A stretch of DNA of 64,000 nucleotides from Methanomassiliicoccaceae archaeon (GCA_963728405.1 CAVSJV010000017.1:320001-384000); one strand, 5' to 3'; positions 12,662 to 25,874 are shown, counted from the stretch's first letter. A program made the numbers and translations. Notes: a model not told the origin generated them from the sequence alone.

Positions 12662-13987
12662 TTGAAGGTCCTTGTTGTTGGTGGAGGAGGGCGGGAACAC
12701 GCCATCGCCTCGGCCCTGTCCCGGAGCGGTTCGGTCGTTTACTCGGTGATGAAGAACCACAACCCCGGCATTGCCCGTCTGGCCGACGATTTCAAGCTGG
12801 TGAACGAGACCGATGTGGATAAAGTCGTGGAATACGCCTTGTCCCGCTCCATCGATATGGCGGTGATGGGTCCCGAGTCACCACTGGAGGTCGGGCTTGT
12901 GGATACCCTAGAAGCGATGGGCATCCGTTGTGTGGGGCCCACCAAGCTCGCCGCCCGCCTGGAGATATCAAAGTCCTTCGCCCGCTCGGTCATGCGCAAG
13001 CACCAGGTACCCGGTAACATCGAGTTCGCCGTGTTCGACAACCTTAAGGACGCCAAGAAATACATCATGGACACCGACAAGGACATGGCCGTGAAGCCCG
13101 TCGGGCTCACCGGGGGGAAAGGGGTCAAGATCATGGGTGAGCATCTCCTGAGCAAGCAGGACGCCATCCACTACCTTGAGGAGATATTCGATCAGAAGAT
13201 CGGTGGGGGTGGCGTGGTCCTCGAGGAGAAGCTCATCGGCGAAGAGTTCACCCTGCAGGCCTTCTGCGACGGCCGGAACGTCATACCCATGCCCTTGGTC
13301 CAGGACCACAAGCGCGCCTACGAAGGGGATGTAGGTCCCAACACCGGCGGCATGGGCTCGTACTCCCAGGAGGACCATCTCCTCCCCTTCGTCACCGCCA
13401 AGGACCGCGATACCGCGCTGGACATAATGCGCCGGACCGTCGCGGCCATGGAGGAGGAGGATTGCCCGTACCGCGGAGTGCTGTACGGCCAGTTCATGAA
13501 CACCCGGGACGGGCCGCGGGTCATCGAGTTCAACGCCCGCTTCGGGGACCCGGAGGCGATGAACGTGCTGTCCATCATCTCGTCCTCGTTTACCGACATC
13601 TGCGAGGGCATCGCCGGCGGAGACCTCTCGCCGAGCAAGGTGAGGTTTCAGAACAAGGCCACCGTTTGCAAGTACGTCGTACCGAGGGGCTACGGCACCG
13701 AGCCGATGGCCGGCACCGAGATCAAGGTCGATGAGAAGGCCATCGCCCGCGAGGGAGCACGGTCGTACTTCGCCATGGTGAACGAGGAGAACGGCAGGAT
13801 CCTGACGACCACCTCTCGGGCGGTGGGAGTGGTGGGCATCGACGACACCATCGAGGCCGCGGAACGCGCCTGCGAGAGAGCGCTGACCCATGTGACCGGC
13901 GAGGCGATCTTCGTCCGGCACGATATCGGCCGGCCGGAGGTTCTGCGCCGGAGGGTCGAGCACATGCAGAAAGTTAGAATAAGTTAG
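12662..13987 (+). CDS. purD: Phosphoribosylamine-glycine ligase
   Basis: MKVLVVGGGGREHA, QDHKRAYEGDVGPNTGGMGSYS, IEFNARFGDPE. Confidence 0.97.
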   Translation: MKVLVVGGGGREHAIASALSRSGSVVYSVMKNHNPGIARLADDFKLVNETDVDKVVEYALSRSIDMAVMGPESPLEVGLVDTLEAMGIRCVGPTKLAARLEISKSFARSVMRKHQVPGNIEFAVFDNLKDAKKYIMDTDKDMAVKPVGLTGGKGVKIMGEHLLSKQDAIHYLEEIFDQKIGGGGVVLEEKLIGEEFTLQAFCDGRNVIPMPLVQDHKRAYEGDVGPNTGGMGSYSQEDHLLPFVTAKDRDTALDIMRRTVAAMEEEDCPYRGVLYGQFMNTRDGPRVIEFNARFGDPEAMNVLSIISSSFTDICEGIAGGDLSPSKVRFQNKATVCKYVVPRGYGTEPMAGTEIKVDEKAIAREGARSYFAMVNEENGRILTTTSRAVGVVGIDDTIEAAERACERALTHVTGEAIFVRHDIGRPEVLRRRVEHMQKVRIS

Positions 13988-14015
13988 AAGTACGCCTCCC
14001 GCCTTCCTTTGTCCC

Positions 14016-14633
14016 ATGAAGAACCTGGAAGAGATCGCTGAACGCATCGAATCCAGATTGGAAGAGAAGGACCAGGTGCGCGAGGTCGCCATCAAGTCCG
14101 CCCGGGCCATCAACCGCCTATCGGGTAGCATTGTGCATCTCATCCACAAGGGCGAGGACGTAAGACCGATGATGCACGAGGCCCTGGACGAGACGCACCG
14201 CCTGCGATCGCTCCTGGAGGATTACCCGGAGATATGGGAGTCCGGCCTCGTGGAGGGTGCGCTGCAGGAGCTGGCCGAGGCCGCGATCCTATTAGCACTG
14301 GTCCATGATGATGAGCTACCGGACCCCGACGACATGGGGATCACTGGCAATGCCTATCTGTTGGGAATGGCCGATGCCATCGGCGAGCTGCGCCGCTTCG
14401 CCCTGGAGAAGCTCAGGGAGGGGGAAGTGGACGAGGCCAAGATGTACCTGGAAATGATGGAGGATATCTTCCTGGTCATCATGCGTTTCGACTTCCCGGA
14501 CGCCCTCATCCCGATAAGGAGGAAGCAGGACGTGGCCCGTTCCCTATTGGAAAAGACCAGGGGGGACATGGCCGTGGCGGTGAACTCGGACCGCCTGCAG
14601 AAGAAAATGGACGAGCTGTCCCGGAAGCTCTGA
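14016..14633 (+). CDS. Translin family RNA-binding protein
   Basis: All-helical; EKDQVRE, QELAEA, YLLGMADAIGELRR, RRKQDVARSLLEKTRGD typical of archaeal translin/TRAX homologs. Confidence 0.85.
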   Translation: MKNLEEIAERIESRLEEKDQVREVAIKSARAINRLSGSIVHLIHKGEDVRPMMHEALDETHRLRSLLEDYPEIWESGLVEGALQELAEAAILLALVHDDELPDPDDMGITGNAYLLGMADAIGELRRFALEKLREGEVDEAKMYLEMMEDIFLVIMRFDFPDALIPIRRKQDVARSLLEKTRGDMAVAVNSDRLQKKMDELSRKL

Positions 14634-14635
14634 TC

Positions 14636-14971
14636 TCAGAAGTTCTTGCGGATGGCGTCCTCGATCTCTTCCTTCGGCACCAGACCGACGATCTGGTCCA
14701 CCACCTTTCCATCCTTTACGAATAGCAGGGTGGGTATGGCCATTATCTTGTGGGTCTGCACGATCTTCTGGTTCTCGTCGACGTTGATCTTGCCGAAGGC
14801 GACCTTTCCGCTGTAGTCCTTGGCCAGCTTGTCGATGACCGGAGCCATCATGCGGCAGGGACCACACCACTCCGCCCAGCAGTCCACTACCAGCTTGGGG
14901 TTGGCCATCATGGTCGCTTCGAAACTATCCTGATTGATCTCAAGAACATTATCAGCCATATCGATCGTCAC
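14636..14971 (-). CDS. trxA: Thioredoxin
   Basis: WAEWCGPC active site, IMAIPTLL. Confidence 0.95.
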   Translation of the reverse strand: MTIDMADNVLEINQDSFEATMMANPKLVVDCWAEWCGPCRMMAPVIDKLAKDYSGKVAFGKINVDENQKIVQTHKIMAIPTLLFVKDGKVVDQIVGLVPKEEIEDAIRKNF

Positions 14972-15060
14972 GAACTATCGACCAGGGACTATAAGACCAT
15001 ATTCCCGACAATAATCGTAGACTGGCAATAGTTATCAAAATAGAATACTGGAAAATGGTT

Positions 15061-15811
15061 TCAGGTCCGCTTCTTCTTCCTCCCCCGGCCCATATAGGTG
15101 AAGAAGAGGATCAACAGGAGCAGAGCGAACACGATTGTCAGCATGATGTTCGCAAATCCCCAGCCGGCGTCTCCGACGTAGAACGTGGTGCTATAGGTGG
15201 TCGAGCCGTCGATGAACCTCACGAACTGGTTGCTGGAATCGAGCGCGATCCCCACGGTATGCTCGCCGTTGCTCAGACCGGAGGTCGTCCAGTTGTAGGT
15301 CAGGGTCTGGGTCGAGTTGGCGGCGATGGTGAATGTGGTCTCATTGACGATCACGCCGTCGACCTTGAACTGAACAGGGACGTTCTGCATGGTAACGTTC
15401 CCACTGTTCTTGACCTGGGCGGTGATGACCACCGGGTCCACCACGTGGATGGTGTACTTGGCGGCATTGTTCACCGTACCGTTGGACAGACTGACGGTGA
15501 GGGTCAGGTCCCCAGTGCTACTGGGAGCGGTGACTGCCAGGGTAAAGTTCTCTCCGTCGCCCTGGCCGCTGGCCGGGCTGACCGTGCCGTTGCTGATGGC
15601 AGCGGTCCAGGTGTAATTACCGGACGGACGGTCAGTTCCCACATTGACTATTACTTTGCCTACCTGTCCAGGGATCAGGTACTGGTTACTTCCATCGAAG
15701 TTGACCGGATAGCTGTTCGCCTCCGCGGCCGAGGCCGGGAGGGCGAGACAGGACATCAGCAGCAGCGAGATGGCCGCTGCGACCGCGATTACCTCTTTCT
15801 TCGGCGTCCAA
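15061..15811 (-). CDS. Membrane-anchored CARDB/Ig-like domain protein (start uncertain)
   Basis: Signal peptide (VIAVAAAISLLLMSCLALPASAA), CARDB pattern ITAQVKNSGN...VQFKVDG...LTYNW...GEHTV, C-terminal TM and basic tail. Confidence 0.75.
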
Positions 15812-18800
15812 ACACCCCCTTGTTGACCCTAAGGACGACCAGGACGACGATCAACAGCATGATCATCGCTATCAGGAACCACGAGCTGGCCGGTATCTGC
15901 GGGGCGCTCATCGAAGCGCCGTTGCCGCTGACGGTGAGGCCGTTGTCGGGGAAGCTGAAGCTTCCCTTCTCCAGCGGTACGGTTGTCGCATCATTGCTGC
16001 GGTTCGGGGTAGTCGAATTCACGTTCACGCTGACCGAGACATTGGCCTCGGGCGATTCGCGGTTCTTGGTCAGCACCACAGTTTAACGGTCTGGGTGCTA
16101 CCAGCGGAAACACTGACGACCTTGTACGGCGTGGTGACGTCGGATATCTTCGCGTCCCATCCCTGGACCATCAGCGCATTGATGGCCTCTAGGGTCAGAT
16201 TGAAGGAATCGTCGGCATTGCCGGTGTTCTTTATCTGGAACGGATAGGTTATGCTGGTCTCGTTCAGAACCTCGGATGACCCGAGGTCCACGCTGACACC
16301 ATAGGTCGGGACGATGCCCACGTCGAGGTTTACCGAGGATGAGGCCCCAGTATTGTTCTGCGATGCCGCGGTGATCTTGATGGCCGAGTGGACCACCTTG
16401 GCATCGGAAGGCGTCTTGATGGTCACCTGGATGGTCTTTGAGCTGCCCGAACCCCATGGCAGGTACACCGTGCTCTGAGAGAACGTTACCCCCCAGGTCG
16501 AGGTGCTCGACAGCTTGTAGGTGTCGTTGACGTTGCCCGTGTTGGTGATGGTCACATTATAGGTGACCGAATCGCCAGCATTGACGGTCTTCTTCTGAGC
16601 GGAGTTCCAGGTAATGGAGACAGAACTCTTCAGCTGGCGCACCAGATCGATGTCCCTGGTGAGCGCCGAGGCCACAGTTCAGGTCGAAGGAGCGCGCATA
16701 GGTCACGTTGACCCCATTCTCCTGTCCCACCCAGGTGGCCGAGACAGTTGTACAGGCCCTTCGTCAGGTAGGCGACATAATTGCCGCTGCCGCTGGTGGT
16801 CACGGTCCTCTGGGCGTTGTTGCTGAAGACCACCGTCGCACCGTTGCGCGGTGTGCCGCTATAGGATACGGTGCCGGTGACCGCGATGCCAGCCGTCAAG
16901 TTCAGGTTGGCCGTGGTGCCCTTGTTGGCGGCCACGGTGACCACGCCCATGTATACGTTGGGGACTGTAGCGTTGTCGATGCCGTAGACGCTGTACATTC
17001 CGGGGGCCAGGCTGATCGAGTAGGGGCCCGTTCCGTGGTCCATGGTGGCATCGATGCCCACGCCGTCCAGGGCGGTGAAGGTCCAGCTAGCCTCGCTGGC
17101 CGCTCCGGTGATCGTTCCGCTCAGCGTCCCGTTGTCCGGGCGTCTGGTCAGCACGATGTTCGTGGAATTGTCCCCGTTCAAGGTCACTTCCTGGCTGGCG
17201 GTGTAGACCACATATCTGGTGGCCCCGTCGTCCGAGGCCTGAGTATGATACTCCGCGTCCACGGTATATGTTCCGTTGACCAGGTGGGCGACGAAGACGC
17301 CCTGATTATTGGCGCTCAGGGTGTAGTTCGCTTCGCCCGAAGATATGGTTATGGTAGCGGGGACCTTCAGGTCAGAACCATCGTACTGCAGTTGCCCGGT
17401 AAGGGTGTTCGCTTCCAGGGGCGTGATGGTCAGGGCCGATCCCGCCGCGATGGTCTGGGCGCTAAGGTTCACGTAATGCTTGCCGCCGCTGGTCACGTCC
17501 ACATAGACAGAGTAGTCTCCGGGAACGAGGTACAGCGGGAAGGCCGATGAGACGTCGTTCAGGATTTTGTTCTCAGGGCCGATGAATTGGATCGAACCGC
17601 TGGCCCCTAAGGGCATAGCCACAGTGCCATCGACCTTGACACGCTCGGTCGCGTTGATGGTCATGTCTGCAGGGTCTCTGCCCACCGACACGGTCAGCGA
17701 ACCAGTGTACTGATACTTGCTGGAGTCATCCGCTGATACGTTCTGGTCGATGACCACATTATAGGTCCCGGGCTTCAGGTCCAGGCTGTATCCGCCAGTA
17801 GCATTGGTGACCACCGAGGCCGCCGTGCCCGCAGTGCCCGAGGGCACGAAGTTGACAGTGATATCACTGGGGCTGCCGAGGGCGGGGACAGTGACCGCGC
17901 CGGTCACCGTACGGTTGTTGGCGACCAGCGGGATGTTGACCGTCACGTAGTTGTTCAATGGATCATAGGTTTGGGACCAGGGAGCGTATCCGTCCTTGGT
18001 GGCAGTGATCGTATAACCGTTACCCTTGGGCAGGGTGATGTTGAAGCTGCCGGTGGAACTGGTTAAGAAGTACACCGCCTGGTTGGAGCTGGAGGTCGAC
18101 TGAACCTTCAGCACCGCATTGGCAATGGCCTCGCCGCTGTCCACCACGGAGTTACCGTTGACATCGTAATAGGCCTTGCCAGCGATGCTCACGGAGTCCT
18201 GCAGCCCCAGATCGATATTAGTGCTACCAGTTATGGTAGCGGTGCTCCAGTAGGCCTTGCTCGAGCCCTGGGCGTACACGAAATAGTTGGCCGCGGGCAG
18301 GACCAGGCGGTATCCTCCGCTGGAATTGGTGGTGGTGTTCAGGAACGCACCGTCGCCGGTCGAAGTGTATACCACTGTTGCGCCGGATGCTGCGGTGCTA
18401 CCGTCGGTGGTGACCGTACCGGTGACGACCGATCCGGCCGATAGGGATAGGTTCTGGGTGATGGAGTTGACGTCGGCATTGAGCATCATCATGGCCACGT
18501 AGTCAACGCCATCCTTGACGGTCAGGGCATAAACGGTATAGTTGCCCTGGGCCAGGGTGATGTTATAGTGTCCTGACGAATCGGTGGTGGCGAACGCCTC
18601 CTTCGTGCTCGAAATGAACCCAACGGCCACATTGGCCCGGGGTTCGCTTCCGATCCTCACGGTGCCGCTCACCTGGGTCGCCGAGTATAGCGACAAGGTC
18701 GGGGTCAGGACGGCGCCGGCGGTCAGGTTATATGTCTGAACACCCACGCTGAGCTCCGCATTGACGGCGGTGAGCGTGTACTCTCCAGGCAGCAGGCGAT

Positions 18801-21800
18801 CGAAGAGGAACTTACCTCCTGTGCCGCTGGTGGCGTTGGTGACAGTGCCGGTGGCCTTGTCGGTCAAGCTAAGCGCGACCCCCGCCGCGGGATCCCCATT
18901 GGAGAAGGTCAGCGTGCCATCGATGGATGCGGGCTTGGCGACGATGGCCTTGGTCAGGGAACCATAGGCGACCATGTTGAAGGTCTGCCCACCGAACTGA
19001 TGATCGTTATATGTTGCGTACAGATAGTTGCCATTGCCGGCCAGTCCGACCAGGCTGTAGGCGCCATTGGTGTCGCTGGTGGTCTCGGCCTTGAACCCGG
19101 TGGCGTTGTTCTGCAGCGTCACCGTGGCGCCGGCGATGTACTGGTCGCCGGTGCTGTAGGTGCCGGAACCGTCGAGGTCCCAATAGACCCGACCGGACAC
19201 CGATGACCCGGGCAGGGTGATGTTCCCGTCCGCATTGAACGGTGCCAGGCGCTGGGCCTGGGCGTAGGAGACGGTGTAGTTCACCCTGGAGATCTCGGTG
19301 GCGATCAGGGTGCTCTTGGTCAGGGTGCCGGTCGAGTAGACAACGCTGATATTGCCGAACGGCAGGTCGACGCTGTACGAACCATCACTGGCGGTCTTGA
19401 CCACCTGATGAGGGATGCCGTACTCGTCGACCACGGTGACGTAGATGCCCGCATAGGGGGTCCCATCGTTGGAGGTGGCCTTCCCCTGAAGGATCGCTCC
19501 GTCGTAGTACTGGATGAACACCACGCCGGATTCCAGGCTGGCCGAGGTCAGATCCACGGTACCGGTGATGTTGCCGGCCGTTATCTCGGCCTGCAGGTAT
19601 TCGGCTTCATCGTACGATACCGCCGACCAGGCATCGGAGTGGTTGGCCACATCTGCCGAGCCGTACGGGTTGAAGTACGCGGTCCGATAGACCTGCTTGA
19701 AATGGCTTTGATTGAACGCGGGCATGGCGTTATAGCTCGTCATCGAGCCAGATATGCCGGGTATGCCCTGACTGGTGGCCCCGACGTCCGATGGGCTGAT
19801 GCCCATGAAGGTGCGGTACAGCATGGTCTGGTAGAACACGTCGGTATAGTAGATCTGGTAACCGAGGACCGTGTCGGAGGACGTCACTGTCCGCGACGTC
19901 GACGACGCTGTAATCGCTCAGGACAGCCTTGATGCTATAGTAGTTGGTCGGAGCGTTGGTGGTCGGATCTATGACCCGATCATTCAGCTTGGCCGGAGCG
20001 TAAAAGATGTTGTTGCTGGTGGCACTGAACGGGAACAGCCGACTGTCCACGGCGACATAGCCAATATCATAGCCAGAAGAACCACGGATGTCGTGGTACA
20101 TGTTCACCAAATTATCTAGGCCGACATTCTGCAGCTCGACGCTGGCCGCCGCGTACTTGGCGTTGGCCGGGCTAAGATCTGAAGAGTAGTTACCGTACAG
20201 GGCCGGGTCGTCCAAAACCACTTGCACGTATTTGGACGGGTTCTGCATGATGTCCTGGACCGCCGAGGCGTTGGCCCCGTTCTCCTCCAGGATTCGAACG
20301 GTCGTCTCATTGAAGCCGGTCTTCTCCAGGATGCGGACGATGAACAAGGCGATGGCGTTGCTCTCGTTCTCAGACATCAGGAATGAACCGGCGTATTGGT
20401 AACCGTTCTGGAAGTTATCAGCGACCGTCGGATGGCCGCCCTGCTGGACAGCCTCGAAACCATAGTCCCACCAGGACAGATAGGCCGGTTTGGCCGCATC
20501 CGACAGATTGCTATCTTGTGTCTTGAACCAGCTCCATGCCGCCGGATAGTATGTATCGGGCAGGGGCAGGGAGTAGGAGAACGCGCCCAGGTACCAGATG
20601 GTGCCGTTGACGGCGTCATAGTCTGCAGGGTGCAGGATGTCCGGTAGAGCGTAGTAGATCTGCTTGTCATACTTCGCCTTCGTCTCTGACGGGATCCCGG
20701 CATCGATGGCGCCCATGGCATTGGGGAGGACGATCAGGAAGGCCAGGAACAGGACTGCCGCCACTTGGCGCAGCTTCACGGCCTTTTTAATGGTCGTCCA
20801 GGGATTGGAAAAGAACCCACCGAAGGCCCTGGGGATCTCATCGAACTTGACCATGGCGATGATCAGTGCGAGTATCCATCCCGCTGCCATGGCGAAGGCG
20901 GGGGAGGCGTTGAACATGAATCTAGCGGCCGAGGCGGCCATGTAGATGCTCACGCCTAGCCATACCACGATGAACACGAGGTAGGGGGACGGGTTCTTGG
21001 GTATCTTGATCGCTGCCCAGACCACACCGATGATGGCGAGCCAGAAGGTGACCGCGCCGAACGACATGACCAGATTCGAGAAGGTCGGGGCTTGCGCTTC
21101 CGAGATGGTCGAGTATAGCTTGCTCTTGACCAGGTAGCCTTGCCCGGTGACAATGGCATCAAAGATACTTGGGGCGATGAAGAAGATGGCCACCAGGCCA
21201 ACCACGATCAACGCCACGATGGCGGGCAGGACCAAGGTCCAGGGATAGTCACGGGTGACCATGAATATGATGCCCACGACCATCGAGCCCATGAAAAGAT
21301 AGAACGGCACATCGAACCACTGTGTCCAGTAGCTCAATTGCCAGTATAATGGCGCCATGAGCACGAAAGCGGTCATGAGCAAGGCCCCGACCACGAAGAA
21401 TTCGCCCATGGAGTCGACGTTTCGGAAACGGTTGATAAGGATCTGTACCAGGAAGTAGACCAGTATGATGATCAGGATGTAGGTGTAACCGGTCCACATC
21501 ATGGCCACTATAGAGATGCAGACCCCACCTAACATCGCGTAGATCAGCGATTTCGTATTGGTGGAAATATACGATCTGAACCCCGGTACGATCGTCTTGA
21601 GGCTCTTCCAATTGGAGACCCATTTCGTCCCGTTGATCGACATTAACGCCCGCAAAAGGAAATACAGGGCGAAAACGACGAAAAACAAGATCATGGCGTC
21701 GTGATCGGCGTCGGCGAACACGCTCCTGGTGATATTACCAGGCATCAGCGCGAACAGGAACGCCGCCAGAATGCCGGCTCGGGCGCCGAAGGCGGCCCTA

Positions 21801-22270
21801 GTGAGCAGGAATACCGGGATGCAGGTGAGAGCGCCCCAGAACGCCGTGGAGAACAGCAGCGTAAAGCCGGTGCTATCAGTGAGCGAAAGGCCGGAGACTC
21901 CGGATATGAACATACTGGTCACTGCCACGGACCAGTCATAGGCGGGAGGTCTTTCGTTCCTTATCCCGAGAGGATAGTTCAGGAGAGGATCGTTGACCAG
22001 ATGGGAGCCAGTGTTTTCGACGTACTCGATCACGCGTATGTGATAATATGAGTCCGAGCCGCCACCGACCAAGAAGCCATTGTCCACCGCTGTGGGATAC
22101 CCGAAATAGCTGCGCACGAACAGTGCGATGAAAATGACAGCTACCAGGACAAGGACGGTTCCCCAGTTCCTTCCCAGCCAAGAATCCTTGAGCCGAGTTT
22201 GGAGACTGCCCTTGACAGGCTTCTGTTCCTTTTGGGATCGGCCCGATGGCCTCCCTTCGTTTGCTTCCAT
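15789..22270 (-). CDS. aglB: Oligosaccharyltransferase AglB (STT3) with very long C-terminal carboxypeptidase-regulatory-like/Ig repeats and C-terminal TM (frameshifts near 19890, 16700, 16075)
   Basis: DSYYHIR, DHD, TISEAQ, WWDYG and DNFQNG motifs in the 846-aa ORF; downstream ORFs continue seamlessly with SG-V/T-D-G-Y-L-PG-Y beta-sandwich repeats. Confidence 0.88.
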
Positions 22271-22436
22271 CGTTAGTGTCTCCTAGGCAGAATCTGTCAA
22301 TGATTACTGGTCCGGTATAAAAAGTCTGTCGTTAGATTGGTTCCACTCAGGCACAAAGGTGCATTGCTGGGGGTGATGAAACCCATCGGTAGACAACTAT
22401 TTGTAATTAAACTTCAAAAAGTAACAGCCCTTTCGC

Positions 22437-22738
22437 ATGACCGATCGGGATTATCTTAAGGCAAGCACAACCGTGAGAACGCCTTGATATACCGTATCTA
22501 CCCGTCCCTGTTCTCCACAACAAGGCTGGGACGAGAAACAATTCTGCGCCCGATGGGCAACAGATGTGTCATCGAGGCGTCGTTCGTCGGGACGAGCACG
22601 AAGGAAGTGGTCAGACGGGTCAGGACCATAGGGGAGAGTGCTCCAGGCCCTTGGAAGGGACATCCTCATCAGCATGGACAAAGACCTCTCTGATGTGAGT
22701 AAGGTTAGGTGGATCGACAGAAGGGGGTGCGGACCTAA
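22437..22738 (+). CDS. Possible small hypothetical protein (needs two frameshift corrections)
   Basis: Fragments MTDRDYLK.../[13 protein letters not shown]...[22 protein letters not shown] fill the aglB-pyrF gap; no recognisable family. Confidence 0.25.
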
Positions 22739-23388
22739 TCGTCTATGCCCAGCGTGGCGATCTCGTCGGCCAGCTTCCGGGCGGCTTCCCGGGGGTTCTT
22801 GTCCCCGTAGATGGACCGCCCGACGATGACATGGTCTGCCCCCATCGATATGGCCGCCGAGGCACTGCCTCCTTGCGCCCCCACGCCGGGCGATAGTATC
22901 AGCAGGTCGCCCACGATCGAGCGGATCTTGGCGATCCGGTCCGGGCGGGTAGCTGGGGCTATGACGCCAGCGGCTTTCGCCTCCACGGCCATCCGGGCGA
23001 AGCGTTCTGCCAGGGGCGCGGTGAACTCCTGGCCTCCAGGATGGGACATCTCGGTGACCACAAATACGTCCAGGCCATCGGCCGCTTGCACCGCCGCTTG
23101 TAAGGAATCGGTGCCAGTGAAGGCGTGCACGATGACCCCGCTGGCGCCCCGTTTCCTCACCTGCTCGACGATGAGCCGGTCGGTGTTCGGTATGTCGGCG
23201 ATCTTGAAGTCACAGATGACCGGGGCCATCTCTGATAGGCGGGATATTATGGACGGTGATGACGAAAGCACCAATGGCCAGTTTATCTTTATCGCGTCTA
23301 CCAGATCGGATACCTCTTCGGCCACTCCCAGGGCCTTCTGTTCGTCCGTCTCATCAAGGGCCAGGATCATCCGAGTCTTGGTCTTCAT
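22735..23388 (-). CDS. pyrF: Orotidine 5'-phosphate decarboxylase
   Basis: [41 protein letters not shown]. Confidence 0.96.
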   Translation of the reverse strand: MKTKTRMILALDETDEQKALGVAEEVSDLVDAIKINWPLVLSSSPSIISRLSEMAPVICDFKIADIPNTDRLIVEQVRKRGASGVIVHAFTGTDSLQAAVQAADGLDVFVVTEMSHPGGQEFTAPLAERFARMAVEAKAAGVIAPATRPDRIAKIRSIVGDLLILSPGVGAQGGSASAAISMGADHVIVGRSIYGDKNPREAARKLADEIATLGIDD

Positions 23389-23435
23389 CGTTCTACCCGG
23401 CACCAGATTGCCCTTTCCGATATAAGACCGATGGC

Positions 23436-23957
23436 CTAGTGCATGCGAGAGGCCATCAACCGGGTCATACTGATGAGCCAGGAATCGGAGGCCACACAAT
23501 CGGGAGTGCACGATAGCAGCACGAGGCCGAACACGTTCCTCTCGACGAAGGCGATGGCCTTCATCCTCCGGCCCACCTTGCCCTCCACCTCGATCATTGC
23601 CCCGGCATCACCCACGTCGACCTTCGAGAGCTTCAGGAACCCCATCTTGCTCAGCGTGCTTATGAGCACCGCGGCAGCCGTCCGTTGATCATTATATACG
23701 ACCGTCTCGAACGACAGGGCCGCCTTCTCCCCGGACTGGTCTCTCATCAAGAACTTGGCCGCAGCATAGTCCCGTTGCCCGAACTTAGGCTGCTCCATGA
23801 TCTTCACCGGCCGTTCCTCCCACCGCTGCGGCAGGTCCGCCCTGGAGATGCTCATTTCCCGGGCGGGCATGGTTATGGCCCTTTCTCCCCCCAATAAAGA
23901 GAACGTCGTCCCTTCCACCGAGAACGACATCTCTAGTTCGTCCACCCTTATCGACAT
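23436..23957 (-). CDS. Hypothetical protein (alpha/beta, 173 aa)
   Basis: Clean ORF filling the gap between pyrF and the divergent radical SAM gene; no motif recognised. Confidence 0.6.
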   Translation of the reverse strand: MSIRVDELEMSFSVEGTTFSLLGGERAITMPAREMSISRADLPQRWEERPVKIMEQPKFGQRDYAAAKFLMRDQSGEKAALSFETVVYNDQRTAAAVLISTLSKMGFLKLSKVDVGDAGAMIEVEGKVGRRMKAIAFVERNVFGLVLLSCTPDCVASDSWLISMTRLMASRMH

Positions 23958-24108
23958 CTCTCGTTTCCTCCGAGTATTTATTTTGAGTCGCCTCTATATA
24001 AGGTTTTCATCCGGTCGCTTTTCGCCTCACTTTCTTGACATGTACGTTACGAAAAATACCTGCGAAAAAGGGAAGGATTTATAGCCGGATGCGGTCTCCG
24101 ACAACTGG

Positions 24109-25174
24109 ATGAGAACGGAGAACATGGAGGCCGGCTCCGCATACACCGGCAAGCTGCCCCGCGGATGCGTGCTATGTCGCCAGGGGGCCAAAATGGTCCT
24201 CTTGGTATCAGGAGAATGTTCCACTGGCTGCTTCTACTGCCCGTTGTCACTGGAGAAAAAGGGCCGGAATGTGCTCTTTGCCAATGAGAAGAGATGTTCC
24301 GACGACGAGGACATCCTCAAGGAGGCGGAGATGATGCGCGCCAAGGGGACCGGCATCACCGGCGGGGACCCCGTCGCCTGCCTCGATCGGACGATCCATT
24401 ACATCCAGATGCTCAAGGAAAGGTTCGGCAAGAAGCACCATATCCATCTTTATACCTCGTCCCTGGACATCAAGTCGTTCGAACGTCTCGAGAAAGCCGG
24501 GCTTGACGAGCTCCGTATCCATCCGTCCGTCGCTCAATGGAAAAAGATGTCAAAAACGGGCTTGGGTGCGTTCAAGAAGCGCTCCAGGATGAGGATCGGG
24601 TTCGAGGTTCCCTCCCTTCCGGGAAGCGAGGCCGCCCTCCGCTCCCTGCTTGAGTACGCTCAGGACGTTGGCCTGGACTTTGTCAACCTCAATGAGCTGG
24701 AGTTCTCTGAAGGCAACTGGGACCAGCTCAAGAAGAGAGGGTTCGAGATCAGGGACGATGTGTCCAGTGCGGCCAGGGGCAGTGAGGAGCTGGCATTGGG
24801 GATGATATCGTCGGAATTTAAGGTCCCGGTGCACTACTGCACCTCCAGCTTCAAGGATTCTGTTCAACTGAGAAACCGATTGAAGCGCCGGGCGCTGCGG
24901 GTCGCTCTTCCCTCGGACAGTCATCACCGCGGATGGAACGCTGCTCAAGGGCGTGGTGGAAGGGCCGATGGACGAGATCATGGCCTTGCTGCGTGAAAAG
25001 TACGAAGTGCCGGAAGACCTGATGAGAAAAGATGAGGAAAGGAAAAGGGTTGAGGTGGCGTCATGGGTGCTGGAGGAGATCGCCTCCGAGCTCCCGTACG
25101 ACTCCTTCCTGGTGGAGGAGTACCCCACCGCCGACCGTTTAGAGGTCGAAAGGGAGCCGCTCAGGCCACGCTGA
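24109..25174 (+). CDS. Uncharacterised archaeal radical SAM protein (frameshift near 24920)
   Basis: LPRGCVLC, KMVLLVSGECSTGCFYCPLS (CxxxCxxC), GITGGDP, HLYT, NLNELEFSE; second ORF ends EEYPTADRLEVERE. Confidence 0.85.
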
Positions 25175-25591
25175 TGCTCTGGACGTTGTGGTGTCGGTTG
25201 ACGATGTCCCGGGCGATCTTGAGGTTGCGGCCTTCTTTGCCAATGGCGCGGCCCTTGACCTTCGGATCGACCGTGACGGTCGCATGAACAACGTTACCCC
25301 GGTTCTCGATTACCACGTTTCTGCACGTTGTAATTGTAGAACACGTTCCGGATGAATTTCTCCGGTTCGTCCGAGTATTCGATTACCTGGATGTTCTTGC
25401 CGGTCTGGTTCTTCAGACGGATCACAGTTCTCCCCGCCCTTGCCTACGGCCCTGTTGGCCTGACCAGGCTCGACAACGAAGACCAGCTTTTCCTCGGTCT
25501 CCATGCAGTCCTTGACCCTGGTCTTGGTAACGGCCTCGAAGAGGTTGATGTACCTCAGGGTGTCCTCAGTGAAAGTTATCTCAGACGGCAT
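25161..25591 (-). CDS. nusA: Archaeal NusA-like KH-domain transcription factor (frameshifted)
   Basis: LRYINLFE, DC, AVGKGGEN and KGRAIGKEGRNLKIARDIVNRHH on reconstruction; canonical position after rpl30e. Confidence 0.9.
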
Positions 25592-25595
25592 ATGA

Positions 25596-25874
25596 TCACA
25601 ACGAAAGTATGTTAGAGGTACCCTTATCGATGACCGCCAGAGCGGATACCGAGAATGGCTTCCCACACAGAGCCCCTAGCTCCATGTTGGTACCCTCAAA
25701 CTTGACAACCTTGATGTTGTGGTTTCCAGATCTGAGGAACTCACTCGGGCAGTTATCAGCGACGATTACCATCTTGGCAGCGCCGTTGTTGACCGCCTTC
25801 TCTGCCTGCTGCACGCCGTAGACCACCTTGCCGGTGGTCGCAGCGGCCTTGATTGCTCTTCCCAAATCTATCAT
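25596..25874 (-). CDS. rpl30e: 50S ribosomal protein L30e
   Basis: [33 protein letters not shown]. Confidence 0.96.
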   Translation of the reverse strand: MIDLGRAIKAAATTGKVVYGVQQAEKAVNNGAAKMVIVADNCPSEFLRSGNHNIKVVKFEGTNMELGALCGKPFSVSALAVIDKGTSNILSL

